Assembly (NCBI GenBank): GCA_900298985.1
Contig: OMHY01000018.1
Coordinates: 1 to 46,714 of the forward strand
Source of the DNA: Streptomycetaceae bacterium
Lineage (GTDB): Bacteria; Actinomycetota; Actinomycetes; Nanopelagicales; Nanopelagicaceae
Direction: 5' to 3'
Length of the DNA: 46,714 nucleotides
In this document: piece after piece, positions 17,404-27,979 of the stretch
Position numbering within the stretch: position 1 is the stretch's first letter
How the letters are laid out: each line of letters opens with the position of its first letter
The notes under the pieces: generated by a model
The model's database searches: none
What the model was told of the DNA's origin: nothing
Seen by the model: only the letters and a program-made list of their open reading frames with translations
Program-made: the position numbers and the translations under genes

Positions 17404-20148
17404 CTAACTCAGAGATAAAGCATCTTTTTTTGAACTAGATTTCTTGCTGTTAGTAGCTTTTTTCTTGGTTTTTCCTGCTTTAATGGTTTTAGAAGTTAAT
17501 GTTGGCGCTGATTTTTTAGCACGAGTTTTCTTTTTAACTGTTCCACCGTTTTCCGCTTCCCAAGCTCTTCTGCCTGCAAGTAGTTCTAGCCCTCGCTCTA
17601 AAGTTAGAAATTCAATTGCATCCCCGCGGCGAAGAGTGGCATTAGTTTCACCATCTGTAACATACATTCCAAATCGACCATCTTTTACTAATACTTGTCT
17701 ACTAGTACTTGGATCAATTCCCAAATCTTTCAATGGTGGTTTTGCAACACCTCTTCTTCTAACTTTAGGTTGTTTATAAATTTCAATTGCTTCCTCTAGT
17801 GTTAGTGAAAATAATTGATCCTCAGAGGTTAGAGTCCTGGAATCACTACCGTGCATCAAATAAGGACCATACCTACCATTTTGCACTGTTATTTCAACAT
17901 CCTCATAGATACCTAAAGATCTAGGTAAAGATAAAAGTTTAAGTGCATCCTCGAAATTAACAGTATCTAAAGACATAGTTGAAAGAAGTGAAGCGGTTTT
18001 AGGTTTAATAATCTCTTTTTTCTTTCTCTTTTTAGGTTTTTCTGTTTCCTCAGATTGCGCTACTTCCGGTTCAGGTATCACCTCAGTTACATATGGACCA
18101 TATCTACCGGATTTTGCAATTATTTGATAACCAGTGACCTGATCAATTCCCAATTCTCTTTCGCCTGATGGTTGAGCCAATAACTCAATTGCTTTTTCTA
18201 AAGTTAATTCATCTGGGGCCATAGTTTCTGGGATGTTTGCAAATTTTCGATCATCCCCAACTCCTTGTTGAATATAAGCACCATATCTACCAACTCTTAT
18301 TTCAATATCTTCACTCATTTTCATTGTGTTAATTTGTTGGGCATCAATTGCACCCAAATCAGAAGCTAACGCTTCTAATCCAGGGTTATTTTCATTGCCA
18401 AAAAAGAAATTGGTTAACCAATTGAGTCGATCTTCTTCACCATTGGCAATTCGATCCAAATCCTCTTCCATAGAAGCGGTAAATTCATAATCTACTAATG
18501 TCCCAAAGTGTTGTTCTAATAATCCAGTCACAGAAAAAGCTAAAAATGTTGGCACAAGTGCTCTGCCTCTTTTAGCAACATAACCACGATCTTGAATAGT
18601 TGAAATAATAGAAGCGAAGGTAGAAGGGCGACCGATTCCTAACTCTTCTAACTTTTTAACCAAAGTAGGTTCGGTATATCTAGCGGGAGGTTTAGTTTCA
18701 TGACCCTCGCATAAATATTGTTCTACTTTTATCACATCTCCATTTTTCATTGGAGGTAATCTGCGATCTGTGTTTTCTTCAACCTCATTTTTTTCATCTA
18801 CTACTTCTTCATAAGCTGCAAGAAAGCCTGGGAAAACTACAGTTGATCCATTTGCCCGAAAAACAGCGTTTTGCTCTGATTTATTTTGTAAATCAAAGTC
18901 AACCCGCATTTGCATTTTTTTGGCATCCACCATTTGTGATGCAACCGTTCTTTTCCAAATTAAATCATATAACGCTAATTCATCTCTAGATAATTCGGTT
19001 GCTATTTCGCCCGGTGTTTTAAATACATCTCCCGCAGGTCTAATAGCTTCATGTGCTTCCTGGGCATTTTTAGTCTTGCCCTCATAAACTCGTGGATTAT
19101 CTGGAAGATATTCATTTCCATATAATGATGAGATTACAGATCTGGCAGCATTAATTGCATCGTTTGATAAAGTAACTGAATCAGTTCGCATATAAGTTAT
19201 ATAACCATTTTCATATAATCTTTGGGCGATACGCATTGTAATTTGTGAACCCCAACCCAATCTTGAACCCGCATCCTGTTGCAAAGTAGAGGTGGTAAAA
19301 GGTGGTTTAGGTTTTTCAGTGCGAGGCGATTCCTCAATACTTTTAACTTTTAAAGTAGAGCCGGTAAATTGTGCAACCAATTCCTTTGCTTTTTTTTCAT
19401 CCAATAAAATAATTTGTGAAATATTTTTCTCTTTAATTGCTCCACTATCATCAAAATCATTAGTAGTAGCTACTCTTTTGTCACCTAATGAAATCATTCG
19501 GGAGGTAAATCCAGATTCACAACTGGCGGTGATATCCCACCAAGTAGAGGAACGAAATGCCATTCGCTCTCTTTCTCTTTCTACAATCAATCTAGTTGCT
19601 ACTGATTGCACACGACCTGCTGAGATTCTAGGCATTACTTTTTTCCACAATACCGGTGATAAGCGATAGCCATATAGCCGATCTAAAACTCTTCTAGTTT
19701 CCTGAGCATCTATTAATCTATAATCTAAATCCCGAGTTTGGGAAGCAGCTTTAACAATTGCATCTTTGGTAATTTCATGAAATACCATTCTTTTTACTGG
19801 AATTTTAGGTTGTAAAACTTCAATCAGGTGCCAAGCAATCGCTTCCCCTTCACGATCCTCGTCAGTTGCTAGCAATAATTCATCAGCTTCTTTCATTAAA
19901 TCTTTTAAATCAGAAACTTTATTTTTCTTGTCAGGATTGATCACATATAAAGGGGTGAATCCTTCTTCAATATTTACACCTTCTTTAGCCCAATCAAATT
20001 TCTTTAACTCTTTGGGAATGTCAGCGGCTCGCATCGGTAAATCACGAATATGACCTACCGATGCTTCAACAATGTAATCGCTACCTAAATAACTTGAAAT
20101 CTTTCGGGCTTTCGCCGGCGACTCAACAATTACTAGTTTTTTTCCCAT
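17404..20148 (-). CDS. topA: DNA topoisomerase I, actinobacterial type
   Basis: 914 aa. Contains a TOPRIM N-terminus (KKLVIVESPAKA), active-site region YITYMRTDS, four cysteine-free C-terminal repeats (GRYGAY, GRYGPY x2, GRFGMY) and a lysine-rich tail. Confidence 0.95.
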   Translation of the reverse strand: MGKKLVIVESPAKARKISSYLGSDYIVEASVGHIRDLPMRAADIPKELKKFDWAKEGVNIEEGFTPLYVINPDKKNKVSDLKDLMKEADELLLATDEDREGEAIAWHLIEVLQPKIPVKRMVFHEITKDAIVKAASQTRDLDYRLIDAQETRRVLDRLYGYRLSPVLWKKVMPRISAGRVQSVATRLIVERERERMAFRSSTWWDITASCESGFTSRMISLGDKRVATTNDFDDSGAIKEKNISQIILLDEKKAKELVAQFTGSTLKVKSIEESPRTEKPKPPFTTSTLQQDAGSRLGWGSQITMRIAQRLYENGYITYMRTDSVTLSNDAINAARSVISSLYGNEYLPDNPRVYEGKTKNAQEAHEAIRPAGDVFKTPGEIATELSRDELALYDLIWKRTVASQMVDAKKMQMRVDFDLQNKSEQNAVFRANGSTVVFPGFLAAYEEVVDEKNEVEENTDRRLPPMKNGDVIKVEQYLCEGHETKPPARYTEPTLVKKLEELGIGRPSTFASIISTIQDRGYVAKRGRALVPTFLAFSVTGLLEQHFGTLVDYEFTASMEEDLDRIANGEEDRLNWLTNFFFGNENNPGLEALASDLGAIDAQQINTMKMSEDIEIRVGRYGAYIQQGVGDDRKFANIPETMAPDELTLEKAIELLAQPSGERELGIDQVTGYQIIAKSGRYGPYVTEVIPEPEVAQSEETEKPKKRKKKEIIKPKTASLLSTMSLDTVNFEDALKLLSLPRSLGIYEDVEITVQNGRYGPYLMHGSDSRTLTSEDQLFSLTLEEAIEIYKQPKVRRRGVAKPPLKDLGIDPSTSRQVLVKDGRFGMYVTDGETNATLRRGDAIEFLTLERGLELLAGRRAWEAENGGTVKKKTRAKKSAPTLTSKTIKAGKTKKKATNSKKSSSKKDALSLS

Positions 20149-20189
20149 TACATCCTAACAATTGGCTTATATTAATTATTCAATATTTA

Positions 20190-22439
20190 CTATTCCATAG
20201 AGGTTGAAATTCGACGTGAACGAATCAGCGCCAAAATAATAATTACTACTGCCACCAAAGAAACAATTTTAGAAATTACACCATGGTTGTGTAATACTAA
20301 AGAAATAATTGCTGGAGTTATTAGTAGACCTACTAAATTCATTACCTTGATTAATGGGTTAATTGCAGGTCCAGCGGTATCTTTGAATGGATCACCAACG
20401 GTATCTCCCACAACTGTAGCCTTATGAGCTTCAGATCCCTTACCACCATGATGGCCATCTTCTAACATTTTCTTTGCGTTATCCCATGCACCCCCGGAGT
20501 TTGCTAGGAATACTGCCATTAATGTTCCAGTACCAATTGCACCTGCAAGATATGAACCTAGTGCACCAACTCCTAATCCAAATCCAACAGCGATTGGTGC
20601 CATTACTGCTAACAATCCTGGAGTTACTAATTCACGTAATGAATCGCGAGTGCAAATATCAACCACTCTGCCATATTCTGGTTTTTCAGTTCCTTTTAAT
20701 ATTCCTGGATGTTGTTGGAATTGATTTCTAATTTCTCTCACAACTGCACTTGCAGCTCTGGATACTGCATTAATTGCCAATCCAGAGAACATAAATACCA
20801 CCGATGCACCAATAATAAATCCAACTAAGTTTCTTGGATTTGCTACATCAAGTACGCCCTTAAATTGTTCATCTACTAAATTTGTAGCACCGCCAACTGC
20901 ATTTTTAATTGCATCGGTAAATGCACCAAATAAAGCAGTAGCTGCTAATACCGCAGTTCCAATTGCAATTCCTTTTGTAATTGCTTTGGTGGTGTTTCCA
21001 ACTGCATCTAACGCTGTCAGTATTTTTGCACCTTCACCTTTAACATCACCTGACATTTCTGCAATGCCTTGAGCGTTATCTGAAATTGGTCCAAAAGTAT
21101 CCATTGCCACAATTACACCTACTGTAGTTAGTAATCCTGTTCCAGCTAATGCAATTGCAAATAATGACAAGGTAATTTGTGCATGTCCTAATAAGAATGC
21201 GCCAAACACTGCTGCACCAATTAAGAGTGCAGAATAAACAGCTGATTCCAAACCAACTGAAACACCAGCCAAAATCACTGTTGCCGAACCGGTTTTAGAA
21301 GATGATGCGACATCATTTACTGGTCTCTTACCAACTTCAGTAAAGAATCCAGTTAGTAATTGAATACAAGCTGCTAATACAATTCCAATTAATACTGCTG
21401 CAATAGCAAAGAATCTTGGGCTTACACCAGAGTTTGCAATTTCCATTGGCACATGTGCCATGCTCTTAATGGAACCTGGTAGATAAGCAAAAGTAGCAAA
21501 AATTACTAAGACCGCTGAAATTAAAGCAGAAGCAAAAAATGATCTGTTGATTGCTTTCATAGCTGAGGAATCTGTTGCTCTCATGCGAGTAATAAAGATT
21601 CCAATTATTGCAGTAATAATTCCGATTGCAGGAACAATTAAAGGAAATATTAATCCAGCATCACCAAAAGTTGCGCGGCCCAATACTAATGCCGCTACTA
21701 AAGTAACTGCATAAGATTCAAATAAATCTGCTGCCATACCAGCACAGTCACCAACATTGTCTCCCACGTTATCTGCAATTGTGGCTGCATTTCTTGGATC
21801 ATCCTCTGGAATGTTTTGTTCTACTTTTCCAACTAAATCAGCGCCCACATCTGCAGCTTTGGTAAAAATACCTCCACCTACACGCATAAACATGGCAAGC
21901 ATTGCAGCACCAAAACCAAAGCCTTCTAATACTGAAGGTGCATTCTCTCGATAAATTGCGACTACTAAAGATGCACCTGCAAGTCCTAAACCTACTGTGG
22001 TCATACCAACCACACCACCGGTACGAAATGCAATCTTTACCGCTCCTGCTGAGGAACCTTGTCTAGCGGCTTCTGCAACTCGAACGTTTGCTCTTACCGC
22101 CAACCACATTCCGTTGTATCCAACTAAAGCGGAAAACAAAGCACCAATTAGGAAGAAGATGGATCTACCTAATCTAATGTTGAAATCACCAGGCAAAACA
22201 AATAAAAAGAAAAAGATAATAACTACAAAAAAACTTAAAGTTTTAAATTGACGGTTTAAATAAGCAGCGGCACCTTCTTGGACCGCACCTGCAATTTCTT
22301 TCATCTTGGGGGTGCCGTCACTTGCCGCCAAGACTTGGGCTCGAAGTGCCCAGGCTATTGCCAAAGCCACCAATGAAATTCCTAAAACTATATATACATA
22401 AAGTAAATTAGATCCACTTACCTGTACTAGATTAGTCAC
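20190..22439 (-). CDS. hppA: membrane-integral H+-translocating pyrophosphatase, K+-independent signature
   Basis: 749 aa. Contains GDNVGDCAG, DNAQGIAEM and GDTVGDPFKDTAGP. GNTTKAITKG carries the Lys/Thr pair described for K+-independent PPases. The start is GTG, preceded by TAGGAGAAA. Confidence 0.92.
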   Translation of the reverse strand: MTNLVQVSGSNLLYVYIVLGISLVALAIAWALRAQVLAASDGTPKMKEIAGAVQEGAAAYLNRQFKTLSFFVVIIFFFLFVLPGDFNIRLGRSIFFLIGALFSALVGYNGMWLAVRANVRVAEAARQGSSAGAVKIAFRTGGVVGMTTVGLGLAGASLVVAIYRENAPSVLEGFGFGAAMLAMFMRVGGGIFTKAADVGADLVGKVEQNIPEDDPRNAATIADNVGDNVGDCAGMAADLFESYAVTLVAALVLGRATFGDAGLIFPLIVPAIGIITAIIGIFITRMRATDSSAMKAINRSFFASALISAVLVIFATFAYLPGSIKSMAHVPMEIANSGVSPRFFAIAAVLIGIVLAACIQLLTGFFTEVGKRPVNDVASSSKTGSATVILAGVSVGLESAVYSALLIGAAVFGAFLLGHAQITLSLFAIALAGTGLLTTVGVIVAMDTFGPISDNAQGIAEMSGDVKGEGAKILTALDAVGNTTKAITKGIAIGTAVLAATALFGAFTDAIKNAVGGATNLVDEQFKGVLDVANPRNLVGFIIGASVVFMFSGLAINAVSRAASAVVREIRNQFQQHPGILKGTEKPEYGRVVDICTRDSLRELVTPGLLAVMAPIAVGFGLGVGALGSYLAGAIGTGTLMAVFLANSGGAWDNAKKMLEDGHHGGKGSEAHKATVVGDTVGDPFKDTAGPAINPLIKVMNLVGLLITPAIISLVLHNHGVISKIVSLVAVVIIILALIRSRRISTSME

Positions 22440-22632
22440 GCTTTCTCCTAATTCTCCTTGCTTGTGCCACTCTGCACCTCGGGCTGAACCTTGGTCGATG
22501 GAAACCCAACCTGTGGGGGTTTATAAAGGTAAAGGGTACAGGTAAAAATGGGCTATTTTGCACAAGGTTGGTTTAATAATAAAGGTATATTTGAGATTCT
22601 GGATTTTCTGATTATAGGTAAAGTAACCCGCT

Positions 22633-23271
22633 ATGAGCTTTGTGAATATTTCCTCTATTTTAAATTCCAACTATGCCTTGGGAATTGTACTTCTAATAAT
22701 TTTCATTGAGGTGGCCCTTCCTTTAATTATTGGATTACCCGGTGATACCTTGTTGATTACTGCCGGATTATTTGCGGCTGGTGTTGGAGTGAAACCAAAT
22801 TCCCCCCATATTTCAATCTGGGCTGTCGCAATACTTACACCAATTGCTGGTTTTACGGGATCAGAAGTTGGACATTTCCTAGGTTGGAAATTTGGTGATT
22901 TCTTTTTCCAGAAAAAAAATTCAAAGTTTTTTAATCCAGAAAAAATTCTTCTTGCTGAGAAATGGGTAAAAAAATATGGACATGGCAAAGCAATATTTTT
23001 GGGAAGGTTTGTTCCTGTAGTTCGTGGACTTATTAATCCAGTTTCTGGAATTACTAAGATTCCATTTAAAACCTTTGCTTTTTGGAATCTGATTACTTCT
23101 CTGGTTTGGACTCAATCTTTCATTTGGATAGGTTATTTGGCAGGGAAAACAATTGGAAGTTGGATTGAAAAATATTTAACTTATATTATTTTAGTGGTAG
23201 TGATTTTTTCTGTTACTCCGATAATTTTAGAAATTCGCAAAGAAATGAAATCTAGAAAAAATAATAAATAG
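22633..23271 (+). CDS. DedA family membrane protein
   Basis: 212 aa. Contains GLPGDTLLITAG and GRFVPVVRGLINPVSG, the DedA/SNARE-associated motifs. Confidence 0.8.
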   Translation: MSFVNISSILNSNYALGIVLLIIFIEVALPLIIGLPGDTLLITAGLFAAGVGVKPNSPHISIWAVAILTPIAGFTGSEVGHFLGWKFGDFFFQKKNSKFFNPEKILLAEKWVKKYGHGKAIFLGRFVPVVRGLINPVSGITKIPFKTFAFWNLITSLVWTQSFIWIGYLAGKTIGSWIEKYLTYIILVVVIFSVTPIILEIRKEMKSRKNNK

Positions 23272-23279
23272 TTTATTAA

Positions 23280-23813
23280 TTACAAACCAAGATCAGTTAG
23301 GGAATAAGCAGCTCTATATTCTAAACCTGCTTGAGCAACCGCATCTTTAGCACCGCGCTCAACTATTACTGCTACTCCAACTACAATTGCACCTGCTTCT
23401 TTTAGCGCTTCCACAGCGGTTAATACAGATCCACCAGTTGTGGAGGTATCTTCCACAGCTAAAACTTTTTTACCTTTAACATCCGGTCCTTCAATTCTTC
23501 TTTGCAAACCATGGCTTTTTTCAGCTTTGCGCACTACAAAAGAATCTAGTTTTTTACCTTTTAAATTAGCAGTATGCATCATTGCAGTGGCGACTGGATC
23601 TGCTCCTAATGTTAAACCACCAACCGCTTCAAAATCCCAGTCAGAGACTAGGTCCAACATCACCTCTCCCACTAAAGGCGAAGCTGTACCATCTAAGGTT
23701 ATTCTTCTTAAATCTACATAATAATCTGCTTCTTTACCAGAAGATAAAATTACTTTTCCATGTACAACAGCTTTGTCTAAAATCTCTTTTTTTAATTTAT
23801 CTTTAGCAGACAT
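23280..23813 (-). CDS. pyrE: orotate phosphoribosyltransferase
   Basis: 177 aa. Contains the PRPP-binding loop VLAVEDTSTTGGS, SSGKEADYYVD, and has the short actinobacterial PyrE length. Confidence 0.88.
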   Translation of the reverse strand: MSAKDKLKKEILDKAVVHGKVILSSGKEADYYVDLRRITLDGTASPLVGEVMLDLVSDWDFEAVGGLTLGADPVATAMMHTANLKGKKLDSFVVRKAEKSHGLQRRIEGPDVKGKKVLAVEDTSTTGGSVLTAVEALKEAGAIVVGVAVIVERGAKDAVAQAGLEYRAAYSLTDLGL

Positions 23814-23839
23814 AGCCCTAACCTTATATTAATTGCGTT

Positions 23840-24781
23840 TTAAATACGTGCTTTTGCAATCAAATCTTCCCTTAGTGTGTCAGCTGGAATTTTTTCAGCA
23901 AGCTCGGAAATTAACTCTTTAGTTTTGTTATCTAACCTTTGGGGTACTTGAATCTGTACAGTAACTAATAAATCACCAGTATTTTGATTAGTTTTTATTC
24001 CTCTGCCTTTAACCCTAAATGTTTTTCCACTTTGGGTGCCGGCTGGTAAACGCAATGTAACCTCCTCATTTTCCAAAGTTGGAATTTTAATATCTGCTCC
24101 TAAAGTGGCTTCGGTAAAAGTAATCGGAACATTAATTAATAAATTTAAATTATCTCTAGAATAAATTGGATGAGTCTCTACATTGATGGTTATATATAAA
24201 TCACCGTTCCCACCATCACCTGCGCCACCCCGACCTTTAAGCCTAATTTTTGCACCATCTTTAATCCCGGCAGGGATTCGAGTTTTTATAGTTATGGGAT
24301 CACTATTTCTAGGTCTTACGGTTAAATTTAACTCTTTACCAAAAACACTTTCCCGAAATGTAATTTTGCTTTGAGTTTCTAAATCAGGGCCACGTCTAGA
24401 TCTTTTTCCCTGTCCAAATAAAGATGAAAAAATATCTTGTGGATCTCCATCAAATCCAGAGTTCGAAAAGAATTGAGAAAAATCTCCATTGAAACCTGGT
24501 CCGCCGCTTTGTCCGGTAAACCCACCTTTTGGTATTCGGCCAGATGCAATTGCATCTCGCATTTCATCATATTCTTTTCTTTTTTTATCATCACTTAAAA
24601 CCTCATAAGCTTCCGAAACTTCTTTGAATTTTTCTTCAAGCTTCTTGTCGCCTTTGGTTTTATCTGGATGTAACTCTCTAGCTAAAGTGCGGTATCTCTT
24701 TTTTATTGCAGCCGCATTGTCAGATTTGGAAACTCCAAGAATTTGATAAAGATCTTTTTCATAAATATTGCTGGCGGGCAT
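23840..24781 (-). CDS. dnaJ: J-domain co-chaperone, class II (no zinc-finger domain)
   Basis: 313 aa. Contains the J domain DLYQILGV...HPDK, a G/F-rich linker and C-terminal beta-sandwich domains. There are no cysteines at all, so the CXXCXGXG repeats are absent. Its ATG shares one base with the grpE stop. Confidence 0.88.
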   Translation of the reverse strand: MPASNIYEKDLYQILGVSKSDNAAAIKKRYRTLARELHPDKTKGDKKLEEKFKEVSEAYEVLSDDKKRKEYDEMRDAIASGRIPKGGFTGQSGGPGFNGDFSQFFSNSGFDGDPQDIFSSLFGQGKRSRRGPDLETQSKITFRESVFGKELNLTVRPRNSDPITIKTRIPAGIKDGAKIRLKGRGGAGDGGNGDLYITINVETHPIYSRDNLNLLINVPITFTEATLGADIKIPTLENEEVTLRLPAGTQSGKTFRVKGRGIKTNQNTGDLLVTVQIQVPQRLDNKTKELISELAEKIPADTLREDLIAKARI

Positions 24782-25299
24782 TATTCTTGTGGATCAACTA
24801 CAGCAACTCGAGCTGGTCGAATCACCCTCTCTTTAAATTTATAGCCAGGTTGTAATACCTCACTGGCAGTTGTTTCAGTTACTTCACTAGAAGTGGAATG
24901 CACCAAAGCTTCATGAATATTTGGATCAAATGGCACATTAGCATCTTCAAATTTCTCAAGCCCTAACTTTTGTAGAGTTGAATTTAATTGGTCAGCTACC
25001 GCTTTAAATCCTCCAGTTAATTCTCCATGCTTTTCGGCTCGATCAATATCATCTAGTACCGGTAATAAACTGGTTAAAACTAATGAAATAGTGAATTCAT
25101 GAGCAGATTCTTTTTCTCTTTCTACTCTTTTACGGTAGTTTGAATAATCAGCTTGTAGCCTTTGCAAATCATTGGTGAGAGTTTTAATTTCATCAACTAC
25201 AACCGAGGCTTCATTTAGCGCTTCTTCTACCGCAGCAGAGAGCTCGGCCTCTGAACTCTCTGCATTGTTAGAATCACTATTTACTTCTCTTTCGCTCAT
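24781..25299 (-). CDS. grpE: nucleotide exchange factor GrpE
   Basis: 172 aa with an acidic N-terminus. Contains LQRLQADYSNYRKRVEREK and FDPNIHEA, and sits between dnaK and dnaJ. Confidence 0.92.
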   Translation of the reverse strand: MSEREVNSDSNNAESSEAELSAAVEEALNEASVVVDEIKTLTNDLQRLQADYSNYRKRVEREKESAHEFTISLVLTSLLPVLDDIDRAEKHGELTGGFKAVADQLNSTLQKLGLEKFEDANVPFDPNIHEALVHSTSSEVTETTASEVLQPGYKFKERVIRPARVAVVDPQE

Positions 25300-27149
25300 T
25301 ATTGTTCATCTACAATCTCGGCATCTTCAACACCATCGTTGTTGTTTGCGGCTTGTTCTCCGCTAGTGGCAGCGTTAGCAGCGGTACTTGCATATAAAGC
25401 GGCACCAAGTTCTTGGCTAACTTTGGACAATTTTTCTGTTTCGTTTTTAATTAAATCAAAATCAGATCCAGCTAGAGCGCTTTTTAAACTTTCCAAAGCT
25501 TTTTGTACTTCTTCTTTCTTAACAGCAGCATCGCCTTCTTTGAATTTATCTTCATTATCTTTCAAAAACTTTTCAGTTTGATAGAGTAATGAATCACCTG
25601 CGTTTCTGATATCAGCTTCTTCACGTCGCTGCTTATCTTCTGCAGCATGTGCTTCGGCATCTTTCATCATTCGATCAATTTCTTCTTTTGATAGAGATGA
25701 TCCACCAGTAATAGTCATTGATTGTTGTTTACCAGTACCCAAATCTTTTGCAGATACGTGCACAATACCGTTTGCATCAATATCAAAGGTAACTTCAATT
25801 TGTGGAATACCGCGGGGGGCGGGTGCAATTCCAGTTAATTCAAACATTCCTAGGCGCTTATTAGCTGAAGCCATTTCACGCTCACCTTGAAATACTTGAA
25901 TCTGCACCGCTGGTTGATTGTCATCTGCGGTGGTAAAGATTTCCGATCTCTTGGTTGGGATTGTGGTATTTCTTTCAATTAACTTAGTCATAACCCCACC
26001 CTTAGTTTCAATACCAAGTGATAATGGTGTTACATCTAGCAATAACACATCCTTTACTTCACCTTTTAACACACCAGCTTGTAGCGCGGCACCTACTGCT
26101 ACAACTTCATCTGGGTTTACACCTTTATTAGGTTCCTTGCCGCCAGTTAATTCTTTTACCAAATCAACTACAGCTGGCATACGAGTAGAGCCACCAACTA
26201 GAACAACATGATCAATATCTGAAACTGGAATCCCACCATCTTTCAATACTGCTTGGAAAGGTGCTTTGCATCTTGCTAATAAATCAGCAGTCATGGCTTG
26301 GAATTGTGCACGGGAAAGTGTTTCATCCAAGAACAAAGGATTCTTATCACCATCTACAGTTATGTAAGGCAAGTTGATTGAAGTTTGGGCAGAAGCAGAC
26401 AATTCAATTTTTGCTTTTTCTGCTGCTTCTCTAATTCTTTGCATTGCCATTTTATCTTTTGCTAAATCAATTCCATGTTTTGATTGGAAAGTTTTTACTA
26501 AGTAATCAACAATTGCTTGATCCCAGTCATCTCCACCTAAATGATTATCGCCATTAGTTGCTTTTACTTCAACTACACCTTCACCAATTTCTAGTAAAGA
26601 TACGTCAAAAGTTCCACCACCTAAGTCAAATACTAAAATTGTTTGCTCTTTATCGCCTTTATCTAAACCATAAGCAAGTGCAGCAGCTGTAGGTTCATTA
26701 ACAATTCGAAGCACATTTAAGCCAGCAATCTCCCCTGCTTCTTTAGTCGCTTGGCGTTGCGCATCATTAAAATATGCGGGGACAGTAATTACTGCATCAG
26801 TAATTTTATCTCCTAGATAGCTTTCTGCATCTCGCTTTAATTTCATCAAAATACGTGCACTAATTTCTTGCGGAGTATATTTCTTTCCATCAATCTCTCC
26901 ACTTTCGGGAAACTTCCAGGAATTTTCTCCCATATGTCTTTTAACAGAACGGATGGTTCGATCAACGTTAGTTACAGATTGGCGCTTAGCAACCTCACCA
27001 ACTAAAACCTCTCCACTTTTGGCAAATGCCACAATTGAAGGTGTTGTTCTAGCACCTTCCGCATTTGCAATAACGGTGGGTTCGCCACCTTCTAAAACAC
27101 TTACACAGCTATTGGTTGTACCTAGATCAATACCTACTGCTCTAGCCAT
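25299..27149 (-). CDS. dnaK: molecular chaperone DnaK (Hsp70)
   Basis: 616 aa. Contains [17 protein letters not shown] and [18 protein letters not shown] lies upstream. Confidence 0.98.
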   Translation of the reverse strand: MARAVGIDLGTTNSCVSVLEGGEPTVIANAEGARTTPSIVAFAKSGEVLVGEVAKRQSVTNVDRTIRSVKRHMGENSWKFPESGEIDGKKYTPQEISARILMKLKRDAESYLGDKITDAVITVPAYFNDAQRQATKEAGEIAGLNVLRIVNEPTAAALAYGLDKGDKEQTILVFDLGGGTFDVSLLEIGEGVVEVKATNGDNHLGGDDWDQAIVDYLVKTFQSKHGIDLAKDKMAMQRIREAAEKAKIELSASAQTSINLPYITVDGDKNPLFLDETLSRAQFQAMTADLLARCKAPFQAVLKDGGIPVSDIDHVVLVGGSTRMPAVVDLVKELTGGKEPNKGVNPDEVVAVGAALQAGVLKGEVKDVLLLDVTPLSLGIETKGGVMTKLIERNTTIPTKRSEIFTTADDNQPAVQIQVFQGEREMASANKRLGMFELTGIAPAPRGIPQIEVTFDIDANGIVHVSAKDLGTGKQQSMTITGGSSLSKEEIDRMMKDAEAHAAEDKQRREEADIRNAGDSLLYQTEKFLKDNEDKFKEGDAAVKKEEVQKALESLKSALAGSDFDLIKNETEKLSKVSQELGAALYASTAANAATSGEQAANNNDGVEDAEIVDEQ

Positions 27150-27328
27150 TTTTATTACTCCTTATTTTGATCGGTTTACAAGGGGTTGCAAACTGATTTT
27201 TGCCTCTTTTTCACCTAGGCGGGGCTAATTTTTTGCCTTCTTGTTTCCGCTTCTAGTTTTTAAACCAGAAGTTCTGATAAGGGAACAAGGTATTTGGCTT
27301 ATTTATTCCCGTTTAATTTTATTCCGGT

Positions 27329-27967
27329 TTAGTTCAGGTCTGAGTCCCAGGAGGTTTTCCAAGGGTCCTGTTTAGGTCTTTTCTTGGACTTGGCCAGTAG
27401 ATAAGCGATTACCGCCCCACCTACTAAACCACCTAAGTGGGCATGCCAATCTATTTGGCTATTAGTAAAAGTAATCAGTAAGTTCAAAACAATGGTTCCA
27501 ATTAAAGAGTTGTAGTTAATTGAATAACCAGAAAGTTTGGCATAAACCAATAAGCCGCCAAACAAACCAAATATTGCACCAGAGGCACCAACTGATGGTT
27601 GTTCATCTGCTAAAAATTGTAATGAAACTAAAGAGGCAATTGCAGCAGAGCCAAAAAATAAAATTAGGAATTTAGTTTTTCCAGCAATTATTTCAAATTG
27701 GCTTCCCACCGACCATAGCGCCAACATGTTTGAACCAATGTGTAACAAATTTGCGTGGGTAAAAACTACAGTTATTACTCTCCACCACTCACCTGCATAA
27801 ACACCATGTAAATTTGTATCGCCATTAAAATATGGAAATTTCCTAATTAAAAATAGATATTCCTGTATAAATGGATAAAGGTGTGGAAAAATATAGAAAT
27901 TAGCTATATAAACTAAACAAATTGCTGCTATTAAATATTGAGTAGCTGGATAGCTTCTAGCTTTCAT
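27329..27967 (-). CDS. rhomboid family intramembrane serine protease
   Basis: 212 aa, six TM helices. Contains HANLLHIGSNM, the catalytic GASGAIFGL, and His in HAHLGGLVGG. Confidence 0.88.
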   Translation of the reverse strand: MKARSYPATQYLIAAICLVYIANFYIFPHLYPFIQEYLFLIRKFPYFNGDTNLHGVYAGEWWRVITVVFTHANLLHIGSNMLALWSVGSQFEIIAGKTKFLILFFGSAAIASLVSLQFLADEQPSVGASGAIFGLFGGLLVYAKLSGYSINYNSLIGTIVLNLLITFTNSQIDWHAHLGGLVGGAVIAYLLAKSKKRPKQDPWKTSWDSDLN

Positions 27968-27979
27968 TTGTTGGTAAAA

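Noticed and set aside
27250-27271. Imperfect inverted repeat CTTCTAG-N8-CCAGAAG between the rhomboid gene and dnaK, considered as a heat-shock operator or terminator.
   Set aside because: It does not resemble the HAIR or CIRCE consensus. It has a G-T mismatch and lacks a downstream U-tract on the transcribed strand. It may be a weak terminator, but I cannot support a regulatory call.
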